Assembly (NCBI GenBank): GCA_902798385.1
Contig: CADBWK010000008.1
Span: forward strand, 13,723-77,722
DNA: 64,000 bases
Direction: 5' to 3'
Source: an uncultured Bacteroidales bacterium
Lineage (GTDB): Bacteria > Bacteroidota > Bacteroidia > Bacteroidales > Paludibacteraceae
Each line of letters begins with the position of its first letter. The first letter of the stretch is position 1. The position numbers were made by a program, and so were the translations under genes. Below are positions 19,001 through 26,400 of this stretch, piece after piece. The notes beneath the pieces are model-generated. The model worked only from the letters and a program-made list of their open reading frames with translations, made no database searches and was not told the origin of the DNA.

Positions 19001-21248
19001 AGAGTACAAAACGGGTACTACTAACGATGTTATGGAGCAGAAAGCCGCTACCGGTTGCAATAAATGGGGTGTCAAACCGCTCTTAAAGGGCGCTGCTGCG
19101 CACGAAGGAACAGCCGCACACGACATGCCTGGTTACCAGGTGGCGAATACTGCAGACTTTAGACTCAAACCTGGCTATTGGTATAAGTTCAAGACCGCTT
19201 TCTTCGATGTAAGTTCTACTATCAACCATGATGCCGGAGGAGATGGTACTTGTCTCGGACATGGCTATTTCATCGTAGCCGTAGCCCCGGATACCGTGCG
19301 TTGGACGCCGGCGAACCTCAGCGGTACGAACTACTGGAATGATGACTTGAACTGGACACCAGTCATGGCATCCAAACCGAGTGATGGCTTCAAAGCTATT
19401 GTGCCGATGGCTGATACGAAAGTGATCATCCCGCAGGTAGCCGAAGGACAACTGCCTGTCGTCATGGATTTGGTAGTGAATCAGAAAGACACGCTCGAAT
19501 ACGGCTACAAGCGCAATACATGTAAGGAGATACTCTTCAAGCCGAGTTCGCAGATGTTAGGTCAAGAGCGTCTGGAATACGAGAAAGCGTTCGTTGACGT
19601 GCTCTTCAAGACCGATAACTGGCAGACTTTCTCCCCGGCATTGAAGCATGTTAATTCCGGTGACCTGTACGTGCCGTTCAATGCGGCTACGTATAACAAA
19701 GCGAATCCGGCTACGGGTGCTTCTACGGATACCGTTGAGTTTGAGCCGAAGGCTTTCCCCTTAGGCATTACAAGCGGACTGACCTATAACCCGCGCTCGT
19801 ACCCATTCGCCTTCTACCAGGGCTTCTATAACTCTACCGTACGCGTAGCATTTAATAATACGGATGAGGACGGGAATCCGGTTGCTTACACCTATAGCAC
19901 CTCCAAGAACGAGGTGGATTGGGTGAAGACGAACCTGATCGATACGCTCTATCATCCGGGACAGGCCGCCGTCATCAATAGTTATGATGCGTATAATAAG
20001 GAGGGTAGGGAAATCGTTGTGTGCCTGCCGAAACCGGATAATACGTATTACACCTATGGCAAGAGTGGTGGCACCTATGCGGCCGGTCATTCCTATTCGA
20101 TGAAGAATGAGGACGGCGGTGCTCGTACGGCATCGGATCTGACGAAGAACCTGGCGTACGATAAGACGACCCTGACGAATGCTGGAGGCGAAGGCATTAC
20201 CTATACGCTGCATAACGCTACCGAATCGAAGATATTCTTCTTCGGTAACCCCACCATGGCGCTGGTCGATGTCTATCAGTTATGCGTGGATAACGCCGGC
20301 GTGCTGGAGCACGATGGTAGCGAGCATAAGTTCACAGCATACCAGTTGGCAGAAGGCTCGAGTTATACCGTCAAGCCTATCACGGCTCGCGGTCAGTATT
20401 TCATCGCGCCGCAACGTGCCGTAGGTCTGGTAGCCGATGCTGCTCATACTACATCCAAGACCCTTCCGGTTAAACTCACACCCGAAGCACTTGTAGCGCT
20501 GACAGGCGATGGTATGGTCGTTAGTCAAGAGGATATCAAGCCCATGCCGCGTCGTATGACCAATGACCAAGCGGTAAATGAGAAACGTCTCTATATCACG
20601 GCTGCTAACGAGACCGATGCCGGTATCCGAAAGGCTTATCTCACTCTGGGTGAACAAGAAGACGCTAGCCGCGGATTCCGCAAAGGCGAAGATGCGCTGT
20701 CCCTCTCGTCCGGTAAGCATTACTTCAATTATGGTGCGTTCTCGACACCGATTAGCCTATACACGATCGCTGATAACGAGGCCCTCATGATGGATATACG
20801 CGACACGCTGAACCGCGTACCGGTAGTGTTCTCGACGATTGATGCGAAGTTCGACATCAATAACTATACCCTCTTGACCTTCTCCATGACGGGCAATTGG
20901 GATAAACCGCTATACCTCTATGATGCCGTAAGTAACGACAGTGTGCTTATCCGAAATGGTCTGCAGATTGCTATCGAGACCCCGCTTAATGATCAGATTC
21001 GCTACTTCATTAACGGTTCTAAGCGCGTGACAAGTGAAGAGAACCAGCAAGGCACAGCGACGGGCATCGAGGAGGTAAATGACCAATTACCAAATACCAA
21101 TTACCAATCGGGTACCGTTATTTACGATGTACTCGGACGCAAAATTATGACACTGAACGAATATGACCTTATCTCCAATATCCATCTGCCGACAGGTGTA
21201 TATATCATACAACGCGGTAGTAATACGGAAAGGATGGTGATTAGATGA
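13062..21248 (+). CDS. Giant secreted surface protein G1 (2728 aa) with T9SS-like C-terminal tail
   Basis: Single uninterrupted ORF with signal peptide MKTNNYYIRSLFIALIATFGVSLFVLA. The C-terminus TVIYDVLGRKIMTLN...LPTGVYIIQRGSNTERMVIR resembles a Por/T9SS sorting domain. It is paralogous to G2. Confidence 0.9.
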   Translation: MKTNNYYIRSLFIALIATFGVSLFVLAEGEKSAPGGWYDDPVVSVAWKDYVTFSTVYNGKRYYLGVDTVAAKATPTPEYKIMAYNEPNYATMWIAGRLWSSTGGELTNKDYTRTIQSVWTQERLPGKDTLYLALGDPEIAGQPYNTLILSSIGTMWHTAKDIYATGRYIQGYMYFYTEESGVDKYRYLTYDPLYEFDRLFEARPSESQRISVWDRKTGDDLVFKTNPTSYTFGLKTSADTTKIRFSSQVSYYPHVDRFRSRYARVDVYTFEPTVIDNQETLLEKPYSMGGHYEWKSNPRGEGAYNGQSHMKMYLWTGEMSAGSPVMEWRDSTLLWVSDTKNQLIDNEWVDTIFVIGKSPFDRPSCRVLRKTGDGAPAEGDYLDHVDWLYVHLRINGKWYKDSIQLTRETFHVRYATTLTMDESPGGWEFPYFYDGKKADGTTPIGTEGTKDFDIKALYSVTVDTLHYNGAYETGGVLEEQTLDLTAQTPQEISSVKYNELIVNAYEPGTTTTCSWLTASTPDKKTVRLVANEYNPSATVDRIAEVHYTYRYLHSTQEGDWSEVTRIIWVSQLWKSSGVAGLYAFSHKPTAEELQEVYEKDYTIYAIPDQSLPLPLHRDHWGYYRWFIYEGDYKDRDLEHDDTWDFGLNAPTNVRNQNFMPINYATSAASRGRWDVIRDINAGNTEFEPAADKEHFEVGKRTKIPSVYYPKSITKNGKVACDVSAYYDIQTTGSSSPAYVKQNLTSLTEPTLSYRNVYNIRPAKEQADKLATYKGNGSGANWMEEHTVIVPAGREFSLQQLYPVQKGDASIDTVHLQYIYYANPTQTDAKIGTRDGLTDKQLEENDYYARIGKEKTIEEKYVLTLRTASELRGMTNGTSKTIILVNPRNNTGYILGKGARQIPVALPIPNGATTKAAFKDSLEKKLNDGGTYDSYFITIKQNKRSGDSYHNFLFGDFTLYNLYTSSAGEGEHRTQNIRWYDGWATGSEEFRIDAYPDGGSKADMPAGFSSGDLITIWTTRWGYTGYLASGQWSGGTFDYRIYRQSNNNTAYQAWLIYEVSKTTARTYNETPRWEKYNGSTSKWEEVERASDEDPDGYTMLADGSLAFDDNVHRAANETIQYRLRTEHFQLAKFTVVTRNPNSEGPRNDEAIISEEDIQSNYETLFTLGLENFPAPASDEVTAYYHKLPWNTTELSYHYPVGDEENQIPANRRVDGTSMLPMKGEYCFLNKFVDPTNPSHIISARDNYFLCIQAAEKPTTIFNFVYPGLTCSNQQVFLGFDLCNPVDNSYEPQITAELQGTKDGGSTWTAIYRFKTGEIKCNRDGNPTHDWWQTILPIDRKLVSDYDYFRCTASLTGTTESNAYILIDRMRFIERSRSFSVFQNKSTCIRDDSVYVQARIDYTADTALYKTGKLVAYQFQRWDNTANSGAGGYVPVLASKTTDGGVTYTQLTNETTPKAQIFPGYIKDAFTATESVTKTFLKSTMGNDYGYVLIPERTYNPDKSDDPSKTSTERGKLIDRALELLEITGDPAATRKAAFLNETGNVKTRDEVTSQSNIDFGTYSTPHIKSFVNEGTDLAPHWVIYLNTRLPISATDNRTFRIAMTIMNSVDDKPTFADESCATFRVINIKQAAELQVDGTTWTNHTRAEIEADDASGDALKLLEANETYRASIHLNLPSPLAGHAVLNTICKFDLMHAHDSVRDRTDDDANLAFERRYGCTRAEFSDAMETFRSNDPDNPIREQYDWRKVRPIDFAWSQADPTVLTPRARRKYDVINKLITDGVLELGLDYRDIYMGDKMDSYFYLMPVPASGWFTWDDAGPSGQDTLVHATICNDTIWLELHSKEPLAKLRFGYDSRVGDTYIVPVIRASKTDANEHLKVRISDITHTASSGAVIGWDSTYIVDSNDPDWLAGGISFRYHQDRIVQERIFDEYYKVPTSGTKEEKEADAHRYVIFRPVTSAYIDTLKMTDCPCYDYHANKTEYKTGTTNDVMEQKAATGCNKWGVKPLLKGAAAHEGTAAHDMPGYQVANTADFRLKPGYWYKFKTAFFDVSSTINHDAGGDGTCLGHGYFIVAVAPDTVRWTPANLSGTNYWNDDLNWTPVMASKPSDGFKAIVPMADTKVIIPQVAEGQLPVVMDLVVNQKDTLEYGYKRNTCKEILFKPSSQMLGQERLEYEKAFVDVLFKTDNWQTFSPALKHVNSGDLYVPFNAATYNKANPATGASTDTVEFEPKAFPLGITSGLTYNPRSYPFAFYQGFYNSTVRVAFNNTDEDGNPVAYTYSTSKNEVDWVKTNLIDTLYHPGQAAVINSYDAYNKEGREIVVCLPKPDNTYYTYGKSGGTYAAGHSYSMKNEDGGARTASDLTKNLAYDKTTLTNAGGEGITYTLHNATESKIFFFGNPTMALVDVYQLCVDNAGVLEHDGSEHKFTAYQLAEGSSYTVKPITARGQYFIAPQRAVGLVADAAHTTSKTLPVKLTPEALVALTGDGMVVSQEDIKPMPRRMTNDQAVNEKRLYITAANETDAGIRKAYLTLGEQEDASRGFRKGEDALSLSSGKHYFNYGAFSTPISLYTIADNEALMMDIRDTLNRVPVVFSTIDAKFDINNYTLLTFSMTGNWDKPLYLYDAVSNDSVLIRNGLQIAIETPLNDQIRYFINGSKRVTSEENQQGTATGIEEVNDQLPNTNYQSGTVIYDVLGRKIMTLNEYDLISNIHLPTGVYIIQRGSNTERMVIR
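21082..21109 (+). repeat. In-frame heptamer array (ACCAATT/ACCAAAT)x4 in G1
   Basis: accaattaccaaataccaattaccaatc encodes QLPNTNYQS at the start of the C-terminal tail. Confidence 0.9.
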
Positions 21249-21679
21249 GGAGATTGATAGGTATATTAGTTTGTTTATGGGTAGCGACAAGCCTGTTTGC
21301 CGTTACATACCAACCTTGCAAGCCGGCTGCCTTCCGGACGACTTCTGCTTACGTGGCGCCGATGCAGAGCGCATCGCATACGATGAGTATGAATACGCAA
21401 CGTCCTTTGGCCTCCGGTTCGCTCTCCGCTATCAGTGCCTCTAATTTCGAGATGCTGAATAGCGAAGGAGGTTGGTGCGCAGCTACATCGGCTACATCCA
21501 CCAGACCGCAAGTCCGTAAGGGCGGACGTCCGGATGAAGACGAAGGAGGTGACAATGGTAATCCTATCGGTGTATATGATAACCACTCTCCTATCGGCGA
21601 CACGCCGTGGATACTATTCGGACTACTACTGATAGCCTACGGAGCTTTCAAATGGAAAAAGAAAAGTGCAGAAATCTAA
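21245..21679 (+). CDS. Small exported, C-terminally membrane-anchored partner protein S1 (144 aa)
   Basis: The ATG overlaps the G1 stop (ATGA at 21245-21248). It has a signal peptide, a Ser/Thr/Pro-rich middle, an acidic patch DEDEGGD, and then SPIGDTPWILFGLLLIAYGAFKWKKK. It is a paralogue of S2. Confidence 0.75.
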   Translation: MRRLIGILVCLWVATSLFAVTYQPCKPAAFRTTSAYVAPMQSASHTMSMNTQRPLASGSLSAISASNFEMLNSEGGWCAATSATSTRPQVRKGGRPDEDEGGDNGNPIGVYDNHSPIGDTPWILFGLLLIAYGAFKWKKKSAEI

Positions 21680-21698
21680 TGTTTCTGCATTTTTTTTG
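21666..21698 (+). terminator. Rho-independent terminator after S1
   Basis: TGCAGAAA-tctaatg-TTTCTGCA followed by T8. Confidence 0.8.
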
Positions 21699-21706
21699 CG
21701 CCAACT

Positions 21707-21738
21707 CTTGCGTATATCAAATATTTGTAGTACTTTTG
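21707..21738 (+). promoter_or_regulatory. Orphan promoter-like element
   Basis: CTTGCGTATATCAAATATTTGTAGTACTTTTG has the full 32-nt architecture. No conventional ORF follows it. Confidence 0.55.
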
Positions 21739-21753
21739 CAACGGATTTTGGAA

Positions 21754-21829
21754 AAACGGACAAAATCAGCATAAAACATATTGGAAAAACGGACAAATTC
21801 TGATATTTCCTGTTGCGTAAACGGACAAA
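21754..21829 (+). repeat. Three phased copies of AAACGGACAAA
   Basis: Copies are at 21754-21764, 21787-21797 and 21819-21829, spaced 33 and 32 nt apart. Confidence 0.8.
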
Positions 21830-21859
21830 TGAAAATTGCCGCAAACAAGAAGGTCCGAT

Positions 21860-21949
21860 CATCTATCACCCCGAATTGCCGTAATCTTCGCTCTGCAGCT
21901 CCTTGCATACGGAGCTTTCAAATGGAAAAAGAAAAGTGCAGAAATCTAA
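21860..21949 (+). pseudogene. Degenerate fragment of an S-family C-terminal tail
   Basis: The frame reads HLSPRIAVIFALQLLAYGAFKWKKKSAEI*, against S1 HSPIGDTPWILFGLLLIAYGAFKWKKKSAEI*. There is no ATG; the only candidate start is a TTG at 21836. Confidence 0.6.
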
Positions 21950-21968
21950 AGTTTCTGCATTTTTTTTG
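21936..21968 (+). terminator. Duplicate copy of the S1 terminator
   Basis: TGCAGAAA-tctaaag-TTTCTGCA followed by T8. It is part of a 61-nt direct repeat (21638-21698 vs 21908-21968, 1 mismatch). Confidence 0.75.
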
Positions 21969-21974
21969 ATTTTG

Positions 21975-22006
21975 TTTGCGTAATTCAAAAAAAAGATGTA
22001 TCTTTG
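21975..22006 (+). promoter_or_regulatory. Promoter for the AraC-type regulator gene
   Basis: TTTGCGTAATTCAAAAAAAAGATGTATCTTTG. The leader to the ATG at 22153 is about 146 nt. Confidence 0.65.
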
Positions 22007-22152
22007 CACTCAGATTGTGAAACGCAATTTGCGCTGCGCAATTTGCGTGAAATGTAAATTGTTTAATATGAGCGTATTACAGAACCCATTTGCGCTTTAT
22101 GGCTATTTGGCTTCAACGGATTTAATCGAATCATATTGACCCCCATAAAAAC

Positions 22153-23328
22153 ATGTTCAAATTCAAAGAATTATACGATAATTATAAGTCCGAAATGGCA
22201 TTCGGACTGGCGTTACTTTGTCTGGTTGTGCTGAGTTTCGGATTGGCGTCCCGCATACCGCTCGATTTCTATATTGAATCGCTCAACCCGATTCTCAACG
22301 GTAGTATCGCGGCGGTTAGCCTGTTCGGCGCATGGCTCATGTTGCGGCATCATAACGGCATCCACGTCCGCATCCTGTGGGCGGGTATACTGCTCGTCTG
22401 GGGCATCTTGGCGACCTTGCTGTTGACGCACTTGGTGGCGTATAATTTGCCGATTTCATCGGAAGAATCCATCAGTTTGCGCGGACGCGAATTGATTATT
22501 GGTAATGTGTACGCATGGTTACTGCTCCGTTATCCGGTGTCTGTCCTGCGTCCGGGCTGGCAGAATATCCGGCGTGCGCTCGGAGACTTGCTGCCGGTAG
22601 CGGTTATCTCGGCCGTGCATGAACTCTTCCCCGTCGACCTCAGATGGCTCTTGGCTATTTGGCCGATCACGTGGGTAGTGGTTTTGGTTTTTCATATTAG
22701 TAAGTACCGCCGGTGGTGCGAGGAGAACTACTCCTCGATGGACCTGATTGACGCACAATGGATCGTGCGCTATATCATCATGCTTGTCATCACGGGTGTT
22801 GCCTATATCTGCATGAGTTTCTCGTATAATGCATCGCATGCCTTTACCGTCCAATGGCTTACGCTGCTTATGCTCGTCTATAGCACGGAGCAGATCCTCT
22901 ATCGTCAAGACCCGTGGAACCTGCTGCGTCGTGCGAAAGCGGCTAAAGCAGCCATGGAGGAGGACGAGACGGGCGATGTAGACCCGGATTTGATGAGCGG
23001 CGAATATAAGGCTACCCTGGAGCAATGGATGGCAACGGAGAAACCGTACCTCAATCCCGAGTTCCGCCTCGTCGATCTGCGCGAAGTGCTGCCGCTGAAC
23101 CGCACCTACCTCAGCCAACTCATTAATTCAGCCTATGGATGTAATTTCTACCAGTTCGTTACCAATTATCGAATCGAAGAAGCGAAGCGCCTGATGCGCG
23201 AAAAGCCGGATATGAAGATGCATGATATTGCCGAGCAATGCGGCTTCTCATCGCCGGTCGTCTTCTCGCGTATCTTCACCCGCGAAACCGGCATGTCCCC
23301 CAGCGAATGGTCTCAAAACAATACGTAA
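22153..23328 (+). CDS. Membrane-embedded AraC/XylS-family transcriptional regulator
   Basis: 391 aa. The N-terminal ~250 aa carry about 6 hydrophobic helices. The C-terminal HTH_AraC domain reads LPLNRTYLSQLINSAYGCNFYQFVTNYRIEEAKRLM...IAEQCGFSSPVVFSRIFTRETGMSPSEW. Confidence 0.85.
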   Translation: MFKFKELYDNYKSEMAFGLALLCLVVLSFGLASRIPLDFYIESLNPILNGSIAAVSLFGAWLMLRHHNGIHVRILWAGILLVWGILATLLLTHLVAYNLPISSEESISLRGRELIIGNVYAWLLLRYPVSVLRPGWQNIRRALGDLLPVAVISAVHELFPVDLRWLLAIWPITWVVVLVFHISKYRRWCEENYSSMDLIDAQWIVRYIIMLVITGVAYICMSFSYNASHAFTVQWLTLLMLVYSTEQILYRQDPWNLLRRAKAAKAAMEEDETGDVDPDLMSGEYKATLEQWMATEKPYLNPEFRLVDLREVLPLNRTYLSQLINSAYGCNFYQFVTNYRIEEAKRLMREKPDMKMHDIAEQCGFSSPVVFSRIFTRETGMSPSEWSQNNT

Positions 23329-23371
23329 AAAGAAGATACAATTCGTAAAAATTGTAAACAATACGTAAAAA
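23318..23371 (+). promoter_or_regulatory. Three 14-nt direct repeats ACAAT(A/T)CGTAAAAA phased at exactly 20 bp (candidate operator/activator sites)
   Basis: Copies are at 23318-23331, 23338-23351 and 23358-23371. The block runs from the AraC gene stop codon to about 45 nt upstream of the G2 -33 element. Confidence 0.55.
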
Positions 23372-23415
23372 ATCACGCAAAATCCTTAACTTTCGGTCAA
23401 TATTTCCACCCAAAC

Positions 23416-23447
23416 CTTGCGTATATGCGCGAAAAAGCGTACCTTTG
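23416..23447 (+). promoter_or_regulatory. Promoter for giant gene G2
   Basis: CTTGCGTATATGCGCGAAAAAGCGTACCTTTG. The -7 box ends 22 nt before the ATG at 23469. Confidence 0.75.
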
Positions 23448-23468
23448 CAGTTTGTAACGTGTAAAGGT

Positions 23469-26400
23469 ATGAAGTCTGTTATGAAAAGGTACATATTTTC
23501 ATTGTTTTTTATTGTATGTGCGCTCGTTCGAGTGCATGCAGTTGGATGGTTACCGGTAGAAGGTGGTTTAGTTGTGAATCTGAATCAAGGAGATCAGATT
23601 CTTCTTTCCGTGTGGTTAGATGTGAACAACAATGGAGTAGAAGATGAAGGCGAGGAATACTTCATCAATAACTATAACCGCTATACAGGCGGTCGATTCA
23701 ACTATGGGGCCGGTTTGTACCTCAAACTGATTCCGCAAGAAGAGGGAGTATCTGCGGCTTCGACGATGTCTAAATGGACGGTAGGCGCACCCTTGACACG
23801 TAGTGATGATATCAATGGTAGTGGAGGACAAGGGAAACACGCCAATTTCGACCCCCTTGGCGGTACATATTACACGATTTGGAATGACGGAAGAACGCTG
23901 AGAACGCAGAAGCCGAGAAGTTCGGACGCTAGTAATTACCAATTCGTTGGTAACCTGACACCCGATGGTGTGAGTGGTTACGACGATCAATATTCCTGCG
24001 ATGTGGTATTCGTGATTCCTACAGCCCGCTCTACCACCACTTCATTTGACCCCAACAAGACCTTAACAACCAGATACGGTCGTACCGACCAAGATGCGCA
24101 AGGTCGATTCAATGGCAAGACAGGTACGGGATTTTTGGGTATGACGTATCGCGAGGTATACATGATGGTACTCCCTCGTTATAACGCCCCGGTATCGTAT
24201 GCCAATACGGCCTTGGTGACATTTAACACGACGACATCAACTATTCCGAATAATACATGGAGAAATGCAGGAGAAGTAGCTCCCGGTAAGGCAGCGTTTG
24301 CTTTTGCGGACACCGATGGCAGACCCTATTACCATACGACCCGTACCGTATTCCGCCTCTATATCTTGAATGACCCGATTAACAGTTGCAGCAGTTATTT
24401 CTTTGCGACCGACGAGCAGGATTACCGAAAATACCGTACGGGACCGGGTGGAAAACAGAATTTGAAATGGGCGGATAGTACCGATTTGACGAAGAGCTAC
24501 ACGATGGACCACCTGACCTGTATGAGTCGCGTAGGTAGCACGCAATATTACCAGACGGACCTGATGTATGTCCCGATTCCGGACAGTACGTATTTCTACG
24601 TAGGTTATAACGACGACTATAAGGCTGCTATTTCGGGCCAGACGATGGGTTCAGGAGGATCACACTCGCAGTTCACAAAGATACGCGAACTGCCGATATT
24701 CGGTCTGGAGGACACTTTGAAGGCGCCTGCCGGCGCATGTGGACGAATGGTGGCGGATACGACCTCGTCTGTAGATAACCTGGATGTGAAATTCAAGCCT
24801 GCGGGCTTTTTCCTGAAGGTAAGCCCCACGGGCACAAACGTTCAGATGCGCCCAAATGCGGATAGTACCATATGGACGTGCGAGGAGATGTGGCATATCA
24901 CCGATGCGTATGCGGCGATGCAGATCAAAGCGACGACGTTCTCCGGTCCGGAGTTTAGCGCAACCGACGAGGGAAAAGATATCGCGGGATGGAGCGTGAA
25001 TGTGGTTGGAACATCAGTGCCTTTAGCCAGCGACCACAGCCAGCATGTAGACGGTGATATGGATGGTTGGGCGCGTATCTACGCCAACCGATCCGAGCCA
25101 AACGGATACATGGAGTTTATCATGGCGAACCCGGATCATCATATCCACTACGATAACAACAAGTTGTTAGGAAACCAAGTACCCGACCAGTATCCGGAGC
25201 AAGGAAAGACGAAAGTCATAGTTGAGGAACCGCGACTGGTAGGCGGATTTAACTTTACGGGCTGGACGAGAAATCCGGACGGAACGGGCGGAACTTATCA
25301 TCCGGGCGATGAAATTGACCTAAAGGACGAAGGAACAGTATTAACTCTCTATGCACAGGGAACCTATACCGGTACGTATCATGTGGCCTTTTCGTTTGAG
25401 CATTCGAACGGCAAGCGCTATTTCCTGACGCAGCCTGTAGGTTCAGCGGTGCGTTATGCACGTGCTCGCCCTGTAGGCAACTGGACCGACACCTATCAGG
25501 GTATGTCGGACGCCTATAATACCGAACCGAACTACATCTCAACATACAAGTTGCTCACAGGGGCCACTGATTGTCCCCGCTGCTCCCCGGGCGAGTATGT
25601 GCTGGATCCATGTCGCGAGATGCGACATGGTGCGGTTGACTCGTTGCTTTTCTACGAGAACTTTGCACCGGATAATGAAGTGTATTTAGGTTTGTACTTT
25701 GACGATAGGAGTACGCCGTTCAAGGATCCGGTCACTATCGTCGCTAATAACACCTGGGCGGGTTTGTTTACCTCCAAAGAAGGTTGGCCCGACTATAGTG
25801 TAGCGGATGTGCAGAATACCAAGCTAAAGTCTGAGTACTATCTGCACCGTGTGGATGGCAATATCACCCGTGACCCGCGTCCCAGCCGCGACTCTTCGTA
25901 CGTGAAGTACAACGAGGCGCTCGACCAGTTCGACGGTGTGGAGACGGCAGAGGAAGCAACGACCTTCCAGATCTCGCGTGTCCGCGTGGCGGATGAGCAT
26001 TATGTCGTGCTTCCGGATACCTCGCATGCCTGGAACGATACGATTGAGTTCGGCTATCATCATGGCGAGCAGGTACGCGAACAGGTATGGACATCGCTCA
26101 TCGGTAAGCAGCTGCTGGCGGTAACGAAGGTAGGGGATGACACGGTCTATTTCCACCCGAATCCCGACAAGATCATCACGAATGCGAACGACCTATATCT
26201 ATCTTCGGACTTCCGCGTATCGCAATACTTCACGCTCATTCGCGACAGTCGTGTAAGCGCTGCTTTGGAAGAAGGCGATAGTGTGACTACGGAGACCACG
26301 AGCAACTACTGGCACAATAACATCGTAAGCGGTCTCAACAGCCCGATCGATGTAACGGATGGTGAAGGTCATTATATTGATATCATCGATACCTTCCGCA

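Noticed and set aside
21781-21969. 62-aa ORF MEKRTNSDISCC...
   Set aside because: It is Lys/Arg/Cys-rich and reads through the terminator hairpin and T-run. The alternative frame carrying the S-tail relic explains the conservation better.
23445-23468. TTG start of G2 given by the ORF track
   Set aside because: The TTG is the last three bases of the TAccTTTG -7 box, so it cannot be on the mRNA. The ATG at 23469 gives a normal signal peptide.
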